A stretch of DNA of 64,000 bases from a virus. Numbering within the stretch: position 1 is the first letter of the stretch; each line of letters opens with the position of its first letter. The position numbers and the translations under genes are program-made. The stretch lies in IMG/VR virus record IMGVR_UViG_3300035698_016988, positions 1 through 64,000 of that record; one strand, given 5' to 3'. Of the stretch, positions 20,780 to 30,243 are shown one piece after another. The notes under the pieces are model-generated. The model searched no databases and was not told the origin of the DNA. It worked only from the letters and a program-made list of their open reading frames with translations.

Positions 20780-22875
20780 TAATTCACCCTTATGTTCATG
20801 TTTCTATAAGCTTTTAACCGTTGAGTAAATTTCCCGTCTTCAAACTTATGAGTAACTTCGGTTACTGAATATACGCCTCGGATAACCGTAGAATTATTTA
20901 TATCGACCAAACCGGTTTCATCGTCAACCCCAGTCGGAGTACGATATTCAAAGTAGAAAGAGTTTTCACCGTCCTCATACTTGGCATTTCTAGTCAGTCT
21001 GGTATTGTCGCCTAATTTAATTTTCGATGCTTCGAGTGCCGTCGGTCCAAGCCAAAAAGGATCACCTTTGATTTCTAATTCGATCGTCAACAACGATCCC
21101 CGTTTATCGTATGCTTGTTCTAGAACGGTGACTCTTTTGTGAACTCCAATATCAGGCTTAGTGGCATTAATCGTATACCGCTCAAACGGCGGATCAGTTC
21201 TTAGTTCATACCTAGGTTTGATTTCAAGTTGAGAGTAAACATCTTCAGTCAAGGTTTCGTTGGTGGATTCAAGTAATACTCTACCTTGCGCAAAGTTCAA
21301 ATCACTTGCACTCCTAGAAGTTGAAGACAAACTCTTTTCTTTTTCAGCAATAGTTTCACTCAGTATCCGATCGTTTTTTGAAATTACAGTTTCAGATCTA
21401 GAAAAGGCATTAGAAGACGCTTTCTTTTCTTCTATAACGTCTCTTGTTTCTCGACGGAGGGCCCACAGTTGAACGATATTCAAATCTTTTAATTCTTGTT
21501 TATCAAGTTCTTTTGTCGAAAGATCGGTAGGTTTTTCTCTTGATCGCCTATCGTCGGACCTAAATGCCAACATTGCGGGACTTAGACTCATAGAAACAGC
21601 CCATAATGTATCCAAAGAAATAGCCGTGTCCAATACTTCAGTGTTCAATCCAGAGAAAATATAATCGTATCTTTTCTGAAGCAACCCTAAATCCTTAATT
21701 TGTTCTAAAGTTTCTCTCGTCCTTTTCTGTTGGGTTTTGTCATCTGGCTTTTCGCCCGGGATAATCCTACTCACAGTAAAAGGACGAATGATATATTCTA
21801 TGTTCTTACCGTATTCTTGTGTTTCGGGTAAGAACAATCCGTAATTAGTTCTGGAAGTAATCTTAGGAATCGTTTGCAACTCGTAGGCTTGTTTTGTTGC
21901 TTTCTCTCCTGAATGCGCGCCTTCAGAAAAATCTTCAAGGTTCGCATACATTGAGTCAATTACTCTAGAGATAGACCAACCTTTTTCAAGTTTAAATTCT
22001 AAATTTCCGTCTCGTTCGGTCGATGCCTCTGATGCATTACCTTTTCTGAATTTTAAGTCTCTGAAATTCTTAAACCCGATTTTTGATCCACTCTCGATAC
22101 GAATATTATAGAACTTGTCTTCGAATTCTTCTAATAACCTAAGATTTTTGATATAACCTTTGAATTTCTCTTCTGTTTTATTGATTTCTCTTTCGAATTT
22201 ATCAATAAACTCTCCGACATTTTCCGCTTCTCTAATTATGATGGTTTCGCGTAAATTGAAGGTGTCTTTGTTATGAGCTACATCTGACATCGGAACCATT
22301 TGAATTTGATACATTGTTCCGTTTAACTCTGATTCTGGAGCAATATCTAAAAGTTTGACATACCAAAGAAACTGATCGTACGAATCAACAGGTTGTCCTG
22401 CTTCGTCGTATCCAGTAAAACCGAGGCTAATAAAAGTCGGAGTTTCTTGAATATTCGGCGAGCCGGCAAGAGCGGCCGCTTCGAGTAACTTATCAAACAA
22501 AGTCATTCCGAACGATTCTTTCAACCCTAGATTGATATTATAAGCGGATACATTTCTTGATTTATAATTCGCCCCAACAAAACTTTCAATTTCAACTGAG
22601 TGAATACTGAACCGAGAACTAACCCCGGACTCTGCTAAAACGATTTGGTTAGGAAGCTGTTTTATATTATAGGTTCTTTGATAGGATCTGAGATCTTCGA
22701 TCGGAACCATGAACCATTTCCAATGATAAGAAACATTATCATATTTAGCATTTAATTCATTTTCTAAAAATTTAAAGTCTTGCAAATTAAAAGCTTTAGA
22801 AACTGATTTTTCACCCTCAATCTTTTTTGGTTTTGCTGGCAAAAATGCTTTTTCTTTGTCTGAACGTAATGTCAT
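20779..22875 (-). CDS. baseplate hub protein (gp27-like)
   Basis: C-terminal LEIKGDP...GVYSVTEVTHKFEDGKFTQRL; lies just before the spike gene. Confidence 0.7.
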   Translation of the reverse strand: MTLRSDKEKAFLPAKPKKIEGEKSVSKAFNLQDFKFLENELNAKYDNVSYHWKWFMVPIEDLRSYQRTYNIKQLPNQIVLAESGVSSRFSIHSVEIESFVGANYKSRNVSAYNINLGLKESFGMTLFDKLLEAAALAGSPNIQETPTFISLGFTGYDEAGQPVDSYDQFLWYVKLLDIAPESELNGTMYQIQMVPMSDVAHNKDTFNLRETIIIREAENVGEFIDKFEREINKTEEKFKGYIKNLRLLEEFEDKFYNIRIESGSKIGFKNFRDLKFRKGNASEASTERDGNLEFKLEKGWSISRVIDSMYANLEDFSEGAHSGEKATKQAYELQTIPKITSRTNYGLFLPETQEYGKNIEYIIRPFTVSRIIPGEKPDDKTQQKRTRETLEQIKDLGLLQKRYDYIFSGLNTEVLDTAISLDTLWAVSMSLSPAMLAFRSDDRRSREKPTDLSTKELDKQELKDLNIVQLWALRRETRDVIEEKKASSNAFSRSETVISKNDRILSETIAEKEKSLSSTSRSASDLNFAQGRVLLESTNETLTEDVYSQLEIKPRYELRTDPPFERYTINATKPDIGVHKRVTVLEQAYDKRGSLLTIELEIKGDPFWLGPTALEASKIKLGDNTRLTRNAKYEDGENSFYFEYRTPTGVDDETGLVDINNSTVIRGVYSVTEVTHKFEDGKFTQRLKAYRNMNIRVN

Positions 22876-22880
22876 TTTGA

Positions 22881-23183
22881 TTATCCGAATAATTCTAAAA
22901 TTCTTTTTCTATCAGGCACGATGATTTTCATTCCAGAGACCAAGTCGAATGTAGGATCAATTATTAAATCGGGATTCATCTGTGCAAATATCCACCAAAG
23001 CTTTGAAGTACCGAATAAATCTTTCGACAGTAAACCTGGTCTCTGGTTATATTTAACACCAATTTCAAGTTCATAATCTGTGTCAGCTGATGGGATTGAA
23101 CGATAAACAAAATGATCAATAAACCTAGGACCTATTGATGTTTCTGCGTAAGGAGAGTATCTATTAAAAGCCATTAGAACCAC
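22881..23183 (-). CDS. baseplate wedge protein, T4 gp53-like (LysM-type)
   Basis: RPGLLSKDLFGTSKLWWIFAQMN...DP motif. Confidence 0.82.
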   Translation of the reverse strand: MVLMAFNRYSPYAETSIGPRFIDHFVYRSIPSADTDYELEIGVKYNQRPGLLSKDLFGTSKLWWIFAQMNPDLIIDPTFDLVSGMKIIVPDRKRILELFG

Positions 23184-23893
23184 CCCTTTGTGCTGTTGTT
23201 TCTAAGTAATGCACCGGACTTGAAGTCTTTCAAGTTGAAAGTGTTGGTTTGTCTCTTCGGTGAATTTTGAACTGTCAAGGTAACTGCCAACAACATCTCC
23301 GAAGGAACCCATGTTTCGAATGGTGAATTGGTATTTTCAATACTATTCTCACCGACGTTTCCTTGGTTTCTATCAATATCCAACGGGACCTTTACGTAGT
23401 CTTTCTCAGCCGGGAGGTCAAACGAAAAGTTTGTCACTACAACCGGAAGATCATTGAACATATATTGTCCGTATGCACTGAATAACAAAATCGGAGGAGG
23501 TGTTCCGGGACGTTCGGCATTAATACCAAAGTCCATCTTTGTTACTGAACGAAGAAAGTGCATACCTGCAAGTAGATATTGTGCTTCAGTTGGATTCTGG
23601 GCGGTAAAAGTTCCAGCCACAGTAATCTGTTGCGCACGTGATCTAGAAAAAGCTAAAAATTCTTGGTTAGAATGAACAGGATCATAACTCGAATAGTCAA
23701 CGCTTGTTGCGACGTTAACGGTAGGAGTATAGGGCCATACCAAACCTCCAGTCTTTCGAAGAATAGCCAGAATACTATCGGATCCTTCCTCGCCGTAGAT
23801 ATAATCCTTTACTTTTTCTGAGTCTTTCGGACGTAATCTAACTCGTCTATCCGGCGCAGTCCCTGATTGCGGACTAAGGTCTGGTTCGGGCAT
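23174..23893 (-). CDS. tail tube initiator / baseplate cap (gp48/gp54-like)
   Basis: WPYTP, HSN and PPPILLFSAYG...LPVVVTNFS motifs. Confidence 0.7.
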   Translation of the reverse strand: MPEPDLSPQSGTAPDRRVRLRPKDSEKVKDYIYGEEGSDSILAILRKTGGLVWPYTPTVNVATSVDYSSYDPVHSNQEFLAFSRSRAQQITVAGTFTAQNPTEAQYLLAGMHFLRSVTKMDFGINAERPGTPPPILLFSAYGQYMFNDLPVVVTNFSFDLPAEKDYVKVPLDIDRNQGNVGENSIENTNSPFETWVPSEMLLAVTLTVQNSPKRQTNTFNLKDFKSGALLRNNSTKGWF

Positions 23894-24023
23894 TTTCTAC
23901 CTCCATAAATAAATGTACACCAGTATTTACCATTTCCGAGAACGAATTTTTCTACACCGTAATCTATTTGGTGTTTTTACTTAAATGACTGTATCTTATA
24001 AAGAAAGTAAACACGGAGTATAA

Positions 24024-24893
24024 ATGGCACAAAAACGCGCCTATCTAAATAATCGAGACCTCTTAAAAGAAATTCATACATCAAAACGATCTTATTGTGC
24101 TTTCACGGACGAAGATTACTTTGACTATGACTTTATCGTTGATGACATTAATCGCATGAGTGATGCTCGTTGTCGTGAAGCAAGAAAAGCCAGAGCAGAA
24201 CGGTTAACCCAAATCGCTGTTCAGAAAATGATTGCAGAAGAAGGCATCTCAGCGAAAGCCGGTAACAAACGAGCCGACGAAGTTAGGGTTCACACTAGGA
24301 ATATTAATCTTGAAGACGTGGTTGTTCGTGAAATGACACATGAACACGTTCCGCAAGAAGAAAACAAGTCAGGCAAATTGGTTTATCCAAAGCTGAAATT
24401 CCCACCATTCAAACATTTTGCTTATATTGACGGCAAGTGGACTGAAGTTCTACGTTCCCATTGGGAAGGTGGATTCGACAACGGTTATTTCAAACAAGAC
24501 CAAGGCAGAGTAACTGACAAACTAGCAAAAATGATTATGATGCTGGTAGAAAGAATCAGTCACAAAGGAAACTACCGAGGGTATTCATTCATTAATGATA
24601 TGAGATCCGAAGCACTTGTTCATCTGTCTGATGTTGCCTTGAAGTTCGACGAATCAAAAGGCGACAACCCATTTGCTTTCTATACCACAATCATTAATCA
24701 CTCGTTCAAAGGATTTTTGAATTTTGAGAAGAAACAACGTACAATCAGAGATGACTTGATGATTGCTGGAGGATATTCTCCTTCGCATACAGCACAAGTC
24801 GAGCATGAAATGTCAATCCGTCTAGCTGATATTGATGAAGAAAACGAAAAAGCTTATCAAGAAAGACAAGATAAGGAGATGCAAAATAGGTGA
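24024..24893 (+). CDS. late-transcription sigma factor, T4 gp55-like
   Basis: YLNNRDLLKEI, NYRGYSFINDM and KFDESKGDNPFAFYT motifs; synteny with gp47/gp46. Confidence 0.88.
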   Translation: MAQKRAYLNNRDLLKEIHTSKRSYCAFTDEDYFDYDFIVDDINRMSDARCREARKARAERLTQIAVQKMIAEEGISAKAGNKRADEVRVHTRNINLEDVVVREMTHEHVPQEENKSGKLVYPKLKFPPFKHFAYIDGKWTEVLRSHWEGGFDNGYFKQDQGRVTDKLAKMIMMLVERISHKGNYRGYSFINDMRSEALVHLSDVALKFDESKGDNPFAFYTTIINHSFKGFLNFEKKQRTIRDDLMIAGGYSPSHTAQVEHEMSIRLADIDEENEKAYQERQDKEMQNR

Positions 24894-25912
24894 CTGAACA
24901 TTTATTTGAAAAAGCCGTAGCATTCACAGATATGCATCTGGGTCTGCGTAATAACTCGAGAGAACACAATAACGATTGTCAAGAATTTACAGAATGGATG
25001 ATTAAGGAAGCAAAAGCAAGAGGAATCAAGACTTGCTTTTTCTTAGGTGATTATCATCATGTTCGTTCTTCACTCAATATTTCAACTCTTTGTTACTCAA
25101 CCTTTCTTTTACGGATGCTATCCGATAATTTCGACGACGTTTATTTTATCGTTGGCAACCACGATATGTTCTACAAAGAAAAAAGAGAAATCAATTCAAT
25201 TGATTATGCCAAGGATATTCCGAATGTTCACTTGATTAATGAACCAGTTTGTATGGGCCAAGTTGGATTAGTTCCTTGGGTCTTAAAGGACGAATGGCAA
25301 AAGATTTGCAACATGGATGCAAAATATCTGTTCGGTCACTTTGAGTTTCCTTCATTCTTGTTGAACAGTAAAGTATTGATGCCCGACCACGGTCAATATC
25401 CAATCGGAGATTTGAAAAAGTTCGACTGGGTTTTCTCTGGTCACTTCCACAAAAGGCAAAGAAGACAGAACGTCCAGTACATGGGTAACTGCTTTCCGCA
25501 TGACTTTAGTGATGTGAACGAAGAAAAAGATCGAGGAATCATGTTTCTAGATTGGGACGGAAAGCCGGAGTTCAAAGCATGGCCGGGCACTCCTAAATAT
25601 CGATACGCAGGTATTGCAGATCTAATTGAACGACCAGATCAATACTTAGGCGATAAAACTTATGTTCGCGCTACACTTGACATAGACATTGATTTTGATG
25701 ACGCATCGTTTGTTCGAGAGACTTTGTCAAGTCTTTACAATCTTCGAGAGTTTACTTTCTTACCAAAGAAAAGAGAACAGGAAATCTTAGAAGTCGGAAA
25801 TGAAGATGTTGACTTTGAATCTGTTGATTCAGTAGTGATCGGACAATTACAAAACGTCGATTCGAATACATTTGATTCGAACCTTTTAATCTCAATTTAT
25901 CAGGCCCTATAA
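24890..25912 (+). CDS. recombination nuclease, T4 gp47/Mre11/SbcD-like
   Basis: DMHLG, GDYHH, GNHD and SGHFH metallophosphoesterase motifs. Confidence 0.93.
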   Translation: MTEHLFEKAVAFTDMHLGLRNNSREHNNDCQEFTEWMIKEAKARGIKTCFFLGDYHHVRSSLNISTLCYSTFLLRMLSDNFDDVYFIVGNHDMFYKEKREINSIDYAKDIPNVHLINEPVCMGQVGLVPWVLKDEWQKICNMDAKYLFGHFEFPSFLLNSKVLMPDHGQYPIGDLKKFDWVFSGHFHKRQRRQNVQYMGNCFPHDFSDVNEEKDRGIMFLDWDGKPEFKAWPGTPKYRYAGIADLIERPDQYLGDKTYVRATLDIDIDFDDASFVRETLSSLYNLREFTFLPKKREQEILEVGNEDVDFESVDSVVIGQLQNVDSNTFDSNLLISIYQAL

Positions 25913-27739
25913 ATGATTCAATTTGAAAAAATTATTCTAAAGAACTTTATGAGTTTCGGTAACGTACCGGAATCTATTCCGCTTGATCGTGATCCGTTGA
26001 CGTTGATCTTAGGAAGAAACCAAGACAAAGGTGAAGACTCAGGTGAAAGAAACGGTGTCGGTAAATCCAGTATCGTTATGGCGCTGCACTTTGCTTTGTT
26101 CGGTATTTCGGTTGGTAACAAAATTAAGAAGCCGAGGCTAATCAATAACATCAACCAAAAGAATCTTGAAGTAACTCTGAAGTTTACAATCGGAACGAAC
26201 TCTTACACGATTAAAAGATTCCGTAAACCAGAGAAGCTAGAGTTTTACGTCGACGATCACTTGGTAAATGACCAGGGCGGTGACGAAGGCCAAGGCGAGA
26301 TGGGAAAGACCCAAGAAGAAATCAATCGTGTAGTCGGCATCACTCCTGATATGTTTAACCAATCAATTTTCTTGTCAGTCATTACTGAGCCGTTCTTGCT
26401 ATTAGGATCCGGCAAGCAACGTGAATTGATCGAAGAACTTCTAGGAATTACTCAATTATCTGAGAAATCAACTACTCTCAAAGAAATGCTAAGAGAAACA
26501 AAGACTCAACTTGATAAAGAAACGTTCAAAATCAAAACAGTCGAAGAGACTAACGCCAGGGTTAGAACCAATCATGAAAAGTCAATTCAAAACTTGATGT
26601 CCAGAGAGACACGTTGGGAGAATGAGCATAGGTTCGAACTCGACGGGATTGAAAAAGAAATCGCTGAATACAGTGAGATCAGTATCAACCAAGAAATTAA
26701 AAATCACGAACTCCTAGCTGAATGGCTAGAAAAGAAAGTGGCACAAGATCAATTATTGTCTGAACTCGAAAGAACTAATATCGAAAAGGGTCGTCATGAT
26801 CGAGCAAAGCAACAAGCTTTCAAGCGTTTAGAAGATTTGGCAATTGATTTAGAATCAGCTGAAGAACAAAAATGCCCTACTTGTGGTCAGGACGTGCATG
26901 ACGATAAACACGATTCTGTCCTTGGCGGCATCGTTGAAAAAGTTGAGTTTTACGAAAAGCAACTCAGAGAAGAAGACGATAACCTGGCACAAATTGAGGA
27001 ACGCTTACAAGAACTAAGCGAACTAGAATTTGACCTAGGTAAAAAACCTGAGGTATTCTATACCGAAGTTAAGGATGCATACAAACACAAAAGTACGCTG
27101 AAATCTTTAAAAGATGGATTGAAATCTGAGAAATCAAAAACCAATCCTTACTCTGAGCAAATTGCTTCCCAACCAGATGCACCGTTGCAGGATATCAATT
27201 ATGAATTAAAGGATGATCTCATTCAACTTAGAGACCACCAAGAATTCCTTTACAAACTCTTAACCAGCAAAGACTCATCAGTTCGAAAACATATTATTAA
27301 CCAGAACATCAGTTACTTGAATGCTCGCTTAGGTATGTATCTCGAGAAACTAGGGTTGCCACATGAGGTTGAATTCTTGAATGACCTCAGCACTGAAATC
27401 ACAATGCTCGGTAATCAATATGACTTCTTGAGTCTATCTGCGGGTGAGCGGGCACGCTTGACTTTGGGACTTATTTTTGCTTTCCGTGATGTTTGGGAAT
27501 CACTAAATCAAACAATGAACATCTTCTTTGTTGACGAATTTCTCGACACGGGGTTAGATACAGCGGGTGTAGAATCCGCGCTTAAGACCTTGAAACAATT
27601 GGGTCGAGAACGCGCAAAGAACATTTTTATCATATCACACCGTGAAGAGTTAATTTCAAGATGTTCAAATGTATTAACGATTGTAAAAGAAGGCGGCTTC
27701 AGTCAACTCGAATGGCAAAGAGACGAGGAAGAAGTATGA
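25913..27739 (+). CDS. recombination ATPase, T4 gp46/Rad50/SbcC-like
   Basis: Walker A NGVGKS, zinc hook CPTC, signature LSAGE, Walker B FFVDE, ISH. Confidence 0.95.
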   Translation: MIQFEKIILKNFMSFGNVPESIPLDRDPLTLILGRNQDKGEDSGERNGVGKSSIVMALHFALFGISVGNKIKKPRLINNINQKNLEVTLKFTIGTNSYTIKRFRKPEKLEFYVDDHLVNDQGGDEGQGEMGKTQEEINRVVGITPDMFNQSIFLSVITEPFLLLGSGKQRELIEELLGITQLSEKSTTLKEMLRETKTQLDKETFKIKTVEETNARVRTNHEKSIQNLMSRETRWENEHRFELDGIEKEIAEYSEISINQEIKNHELLAEWLEKKVAQDQLLSELERTNIEKGRHDRAKQQAFKRLEDLAIDLESAEEQKCPTCGQDVHDDKHDSVLGGIVEKVEFYEKQLREEDDNLAQIEERLQELSELEFDLGKKPEVFYTEVKDAYKHKSTLKSLKDGLKSEKSKTNPYSEQIASQPDAPLQDINYELKDDLIQLRDHQEFLYKLLTSKDSSVRKHIINQNISYLNARLGMYLEKLGLPHEVEFLNDLSTEITMLGNQYDFLSLSAGERARLTLGLIFAFRDVWESLNQTMNIFFVDEFLDTGLDTAGVESALKTLKQLGRERAKNIFIISHREELISRCSNVLTIVKEGGFSQLEWQRDEEEV

Positions 27740-27747
27740 CAGAAAAA

Positions 27748-27930
27748 TCAGTCTTCCTGATACCACTTGATCAATTCCGAAACTGCCATTCCGGCAGCAA
27801 CTTCTGTACCTAAACGCATGGCGGCCTTCTCTCGAAGTTCACCTTCTGTGAGCCCATCCACCAGATCGAGTCCGTCTCTGACTGGTTGGGTTACGACGTC
27901 GATCGCCGAGCTTAAAAATTTATCAAACAT
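27748..27930 (-). CDS. small hypothetical protein (MFDKFLSS..., 60 aa)
   Basis: ORF; ATG at 27930 preferred over the track's TTG, which lies inside a TTGACA box. Confidence 0.55.
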   Translation of the reverse strand: MFDKFLSSAIDVVTQPVRDGLDLVDGLTEGELREKAAMRLGTEVAAGMAVSELIKWYQED

Positions 27931-28035
27931 ATCTTTATTTAACACCTTGTCAAACTTTGTCAAGAATATTATTGATCAGATGAATGTACGGTGTTAGGAT
28001 TATAATAAGAAAAACACAAAACTAAAGGAGTTTAA

Positions 28036-28143
28036 ATGATTTTATTCGACGAAGAAGTTAGAGCAGAACTTATTGAATGCGGTTACAATCCCGATGATGA
28101 TGAAGATGTATTGGCCTGGGCGGAAGATTTACTAGAAGGTTAA
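28036..28143 (+). CDS. 35-aa highly acidic microprotein (not in ORF track)
   Basis: AAGGAG SD; MILFDEEVRAELIECGYNPDDDEDVLAWAEDLLEG; promoter-like sequence upstream. Confidence 0.7.
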   Translation: MILFDEEVRAELIECGYNPDDDEDVLAWAEDLLEG

Positions 28144-28146
28144 TGC

Positions 28147-28197
28147 TTGACTCCTGTTCAACTCGGTGTTACTTTAAGTGACACTGAGGAACAGGAG
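28147..28197 (+). promoter_or_regulatory. sigma70 promoter embedded in an SD-sequestering hairpin
   Basis: TTGACT-N17-TACTTT; inverted repeat 28151-28197 pairs with the AGGAG SD. Confidence 0.6.
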
Positions 28198-28203
28198 TTT
28201 TCA

Positions 28204-28565
28204 ATGCAAACATATTCCCAAGATCAAATCAACAATTTTCGTGCTTACCTGTCTTATAAGTAAACAGTCCGCACTTCCCTCATCATGTTTTTGCTAAAAT
28301 CAAAATCCCAACCTGCCCGACCATTAAAACTGCAAGTGATGCTATTGCGCTACTTTCCCAAAATGCAGTAGTCGATGCTTTTAATTCTTATCTAACGTAT
28401 ATGAACTTCGGTTCAAAAATTCAAGATCAACTCTTAAATCTGACCGTTAATCAGTTACAAGCAAAACGCTTAATCGCAAAACGGGACGTCGAGCCGATCA
28501 CAATCGAGCAGTTCTTAATTGAACGAGCAAAGCCTTCACCACAAAGCCTTCGCCACAAAGCCTAA
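28204..28565 (+). pseudogene. frameshifted hypothetical gene (about 119 aa if repaired)
   Basis: MQTYSQDQINNFRAYLSYK* continues in the -1 frame as VNSPHF...; internal repeat FRAYLSY(V)N / FNSYLTYMN. Confidence 0.6.
28528..28563 (+). repeat. 14-bp tandem repeat, about 2.5 copies
   Basis: CAAAGCCTTC(A/G)CCA x2 plus CAAAGCCT. Confidence 0.75.
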
Positions 28566-28568
28566 AAC

Positions 28569-28604
28569 AAAAAGCGCGGAATGTTAATTCGTTACGCGCT
28601 TTTT
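28569..28604. terminator. bidirectional intrinsic terminator
   Basis: AAAAAGCGCG...CGCGCTTTTT between convergent genes. Confidence 0.7.
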
Positions 28605-28621
28605 CCTTGTCTAAAAATGGA

Positions 28622-29131
28622 TTAAATCTTTTTCTTGTAAAGTTTGACCAATTCTTTTTTGGTCTCTTTTCCAGAAAGTTCTATATTATTATGTTCAAGG
28701 AGGATCGTTATTTGGTCCTCCTTTTTCATATTCTTAAATTTGGTAACTTTTTTATTCTTATGTGCTGGATGTTCGTAATCAGTTTGATTAGATTTGAGAT
28801 AAGATAAATGATCTTCCAGCCATCCAATATAATCAGTTTCTAGGCTCACGTGCCCAGATCGTCTAAAACGATAAAATAAAATTCCTTCCAATAAATTGCA
28901 TCTTCTGCACAAAACCCCACGGACTAAACCCGAATCGTGATTGTGGTCAACGTGGCGGTTCGTATTATCTTCAGTCAATAAATCTTCAGAGCAAATGCCG
29001 CATTTATAATCTTGTGCGACGAGCAACTCATCACGAATTCTTGCGATATCTTTTGATTTAAGAATTGTAACCAAGGGATCTCCATTTGAATTAATGTCAG
29101 GTAATGCCACAAGTGACCCATCTCCCAGCAA
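28622..29131 (-). CDS. endonuclease VII-like Holliday junction resolvase (T4 gp49-like)
   Basis: QDYKCGIC...VDHNHDSGLVRGVLCRRCNLLEG; true start probably slightly downstream. Confidence 0.88.
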   Translation of the reverse strand: MLGDGSLVALPDINSNGDPLVTILKSKDIARIRDELLVAQDYKCGICSEDLLTEDNTNRHVDHNHDSGLVRGVLCRRCNLLEGILFYRFRRSGHVSLETDYIGWLEDHLSYLKSNQTDYEHPAHKNKKVTKFKNMKKEDQITILLEHNNIELSGKETKKELVKLYKKKI

Positions 29132-29170
29132 ACCTATTAAAAGCTGTCCCCGACATTATATTTATCAACT

Positions 29171-29178
29171 TATAAATA
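29171..29178 (+). promoter_or_regulatory. T4-type late promoter TATAAATA
   Basis: Exact gp55 consensus upstream of the SD and ATG at 29204; a divergent GATAAATA serves the endo VII gene. Confidence 0.7.
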
Positions 29179-29203
29179 ATAGAAACAAAACAGGAGACAC
29201 CCA

Positions 29204-30082
29204 ATGAGCGAGATCAGGCTAAAGAATGCCCTTTCACAAATGAAAAACGAAGCTGTTTCGGAACGTAAAAATCATATCCGAAAGCATCGAAATCAACAAG
29301 GTGAGGCATGGTCAGTTGAATGCCAACTGGCTGACCCGCAAGACGCCAGACGAATGAACGGATTCATGCAACATGAATTGGATCTATATAATCAAATCCT
29401 AGAATATTTCAACCCAACTGCAAGAACTGCTCCAGAGATCTTCTCGGCTTTTACCGAAGAGCATATCAATTTGTTTGCATTCTTAGCACAGCACGGTATC
29501 GATATTCGAAGAATACGAAAAAGCAATCTACCAGATGTTATGAAAGAATTCGAAACGATTCTATTCGACGGTTCTATTAGTGAAAGAATGAAAATCCTAA
29601 TGGAATCAGTAGGCGGATCTTATTCGATGCTTGAATCAACCAAGAAAGCAATGGCTCGTGAGCTAATGAAATTCTATGCTGAGGACGCAAGAGTACGTCA
29701 GCAAAGAATGCCAAAAGGCGGTGACCAAGAATTTAAAACCCCACCTAAGTCTTTGGCACAGCAAACCCCAATCAGCAAGCGTCACTTGCAGATGAAAAGA
29801 GACCAAGTCAAAATCAAATTCAACGAAAAAGAAGACCGTTCGGAAATTTCGATCCCTTATTGTTCTTCACCGATTTACGTGAAAGAAGTTGATCTATCAG
29901 ATCGTAATTCTTGGAATATTATGATCGTTCACCAAACACCAAATGTAATGGTCCTACCAGGATCACCTTGGGTTTTAGACTTCAGGGGCATCAAGAACGA
30001 TTACTTGGTTGATTATTTAGACAACCGTAACGATAAGTCAGGAGTATTCTGGCATGCCAAATCAAACAGGAGTGGAAGATAA
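29204..30082 (+). CDS. hypothetical protein, candidate RuvC-less TnpB/Cas12f-like (WED+REC) nucleic-acid-binding protein
   Basis: The gene itself is solid (CAGGAG SD, late promoter). The homology rests only on visual pattern similarity (...LYNQILE..., ...ISIPY..PIYVK...). Confidence 0.45.
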   Translation: MSEIRLKNALSQMKNEAVSERKNHIRKHRNQQGEAWSVECQLADPQDARRMNGFMQHELDLYNQILEYFNPTARTAPEIFSAFTEEHINLFAFLAQHGIDIRRIRKSNLPDVMKEFETILFDGSISERMKILMESVGGSYSMLESTKKAMARELMKFYAEDARVRQQRMPKGGDQEFKTPPKSLAQQTPISKRHLQMKRDQVKIKFNEKEDRSEISIPYCSSPIYVKEVDLSDRNSWNIMIVHQTPNVMVLPGSPWVLDFRGIKNDYLVDYLDNRNDKSGVFWHAKSNRSGR

Positions 30083-30203
30083 TGTCACAACTTTTAGAAA
30101 CTTGCTTTTGCTTAGTGCAGGCCTAGTAATGAATCCAAATAACGGAAATATGGTTATTATTTTCTTAACTCGATATTCGGAAGAGCCAACGGACGCCGAA
30201 TAA
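30054..30203 (+). CDS. possible 49-aa ORF overlapping the 3' end of the upstream gene
   Basis: AGGAG 9 nt before the ATG; MPNQTGVEDNVTTFRNLLLLSAG... Confidence 0.25.
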   Translation: MPNQTGVEDNVTTFRNLLLLSAGLVMNPNNGNMVIIFLTRYSEEPTDAE

Positions 30204-30208
30204 TCTTA

Positions 30209-30237
30209 TTGACGCTCGCAGTTTAGATATATAGTAT
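30209..30237 (+). promoter_or_regulatory. sigma70-type promoter facing the non-coding region
   Basis: TTGACG-N17-TAGTAT. Confidence 0.65.
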
Positions 30238-30243
30238 CAGATA

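Noticed and set aside
29204-30082. Active IS200/IS605 or IS607 transposon
   Set aside because: No TnpA, no RuvC catalytic motifs and no recognisable element ends; only a possible domesticated remnant is proposed.
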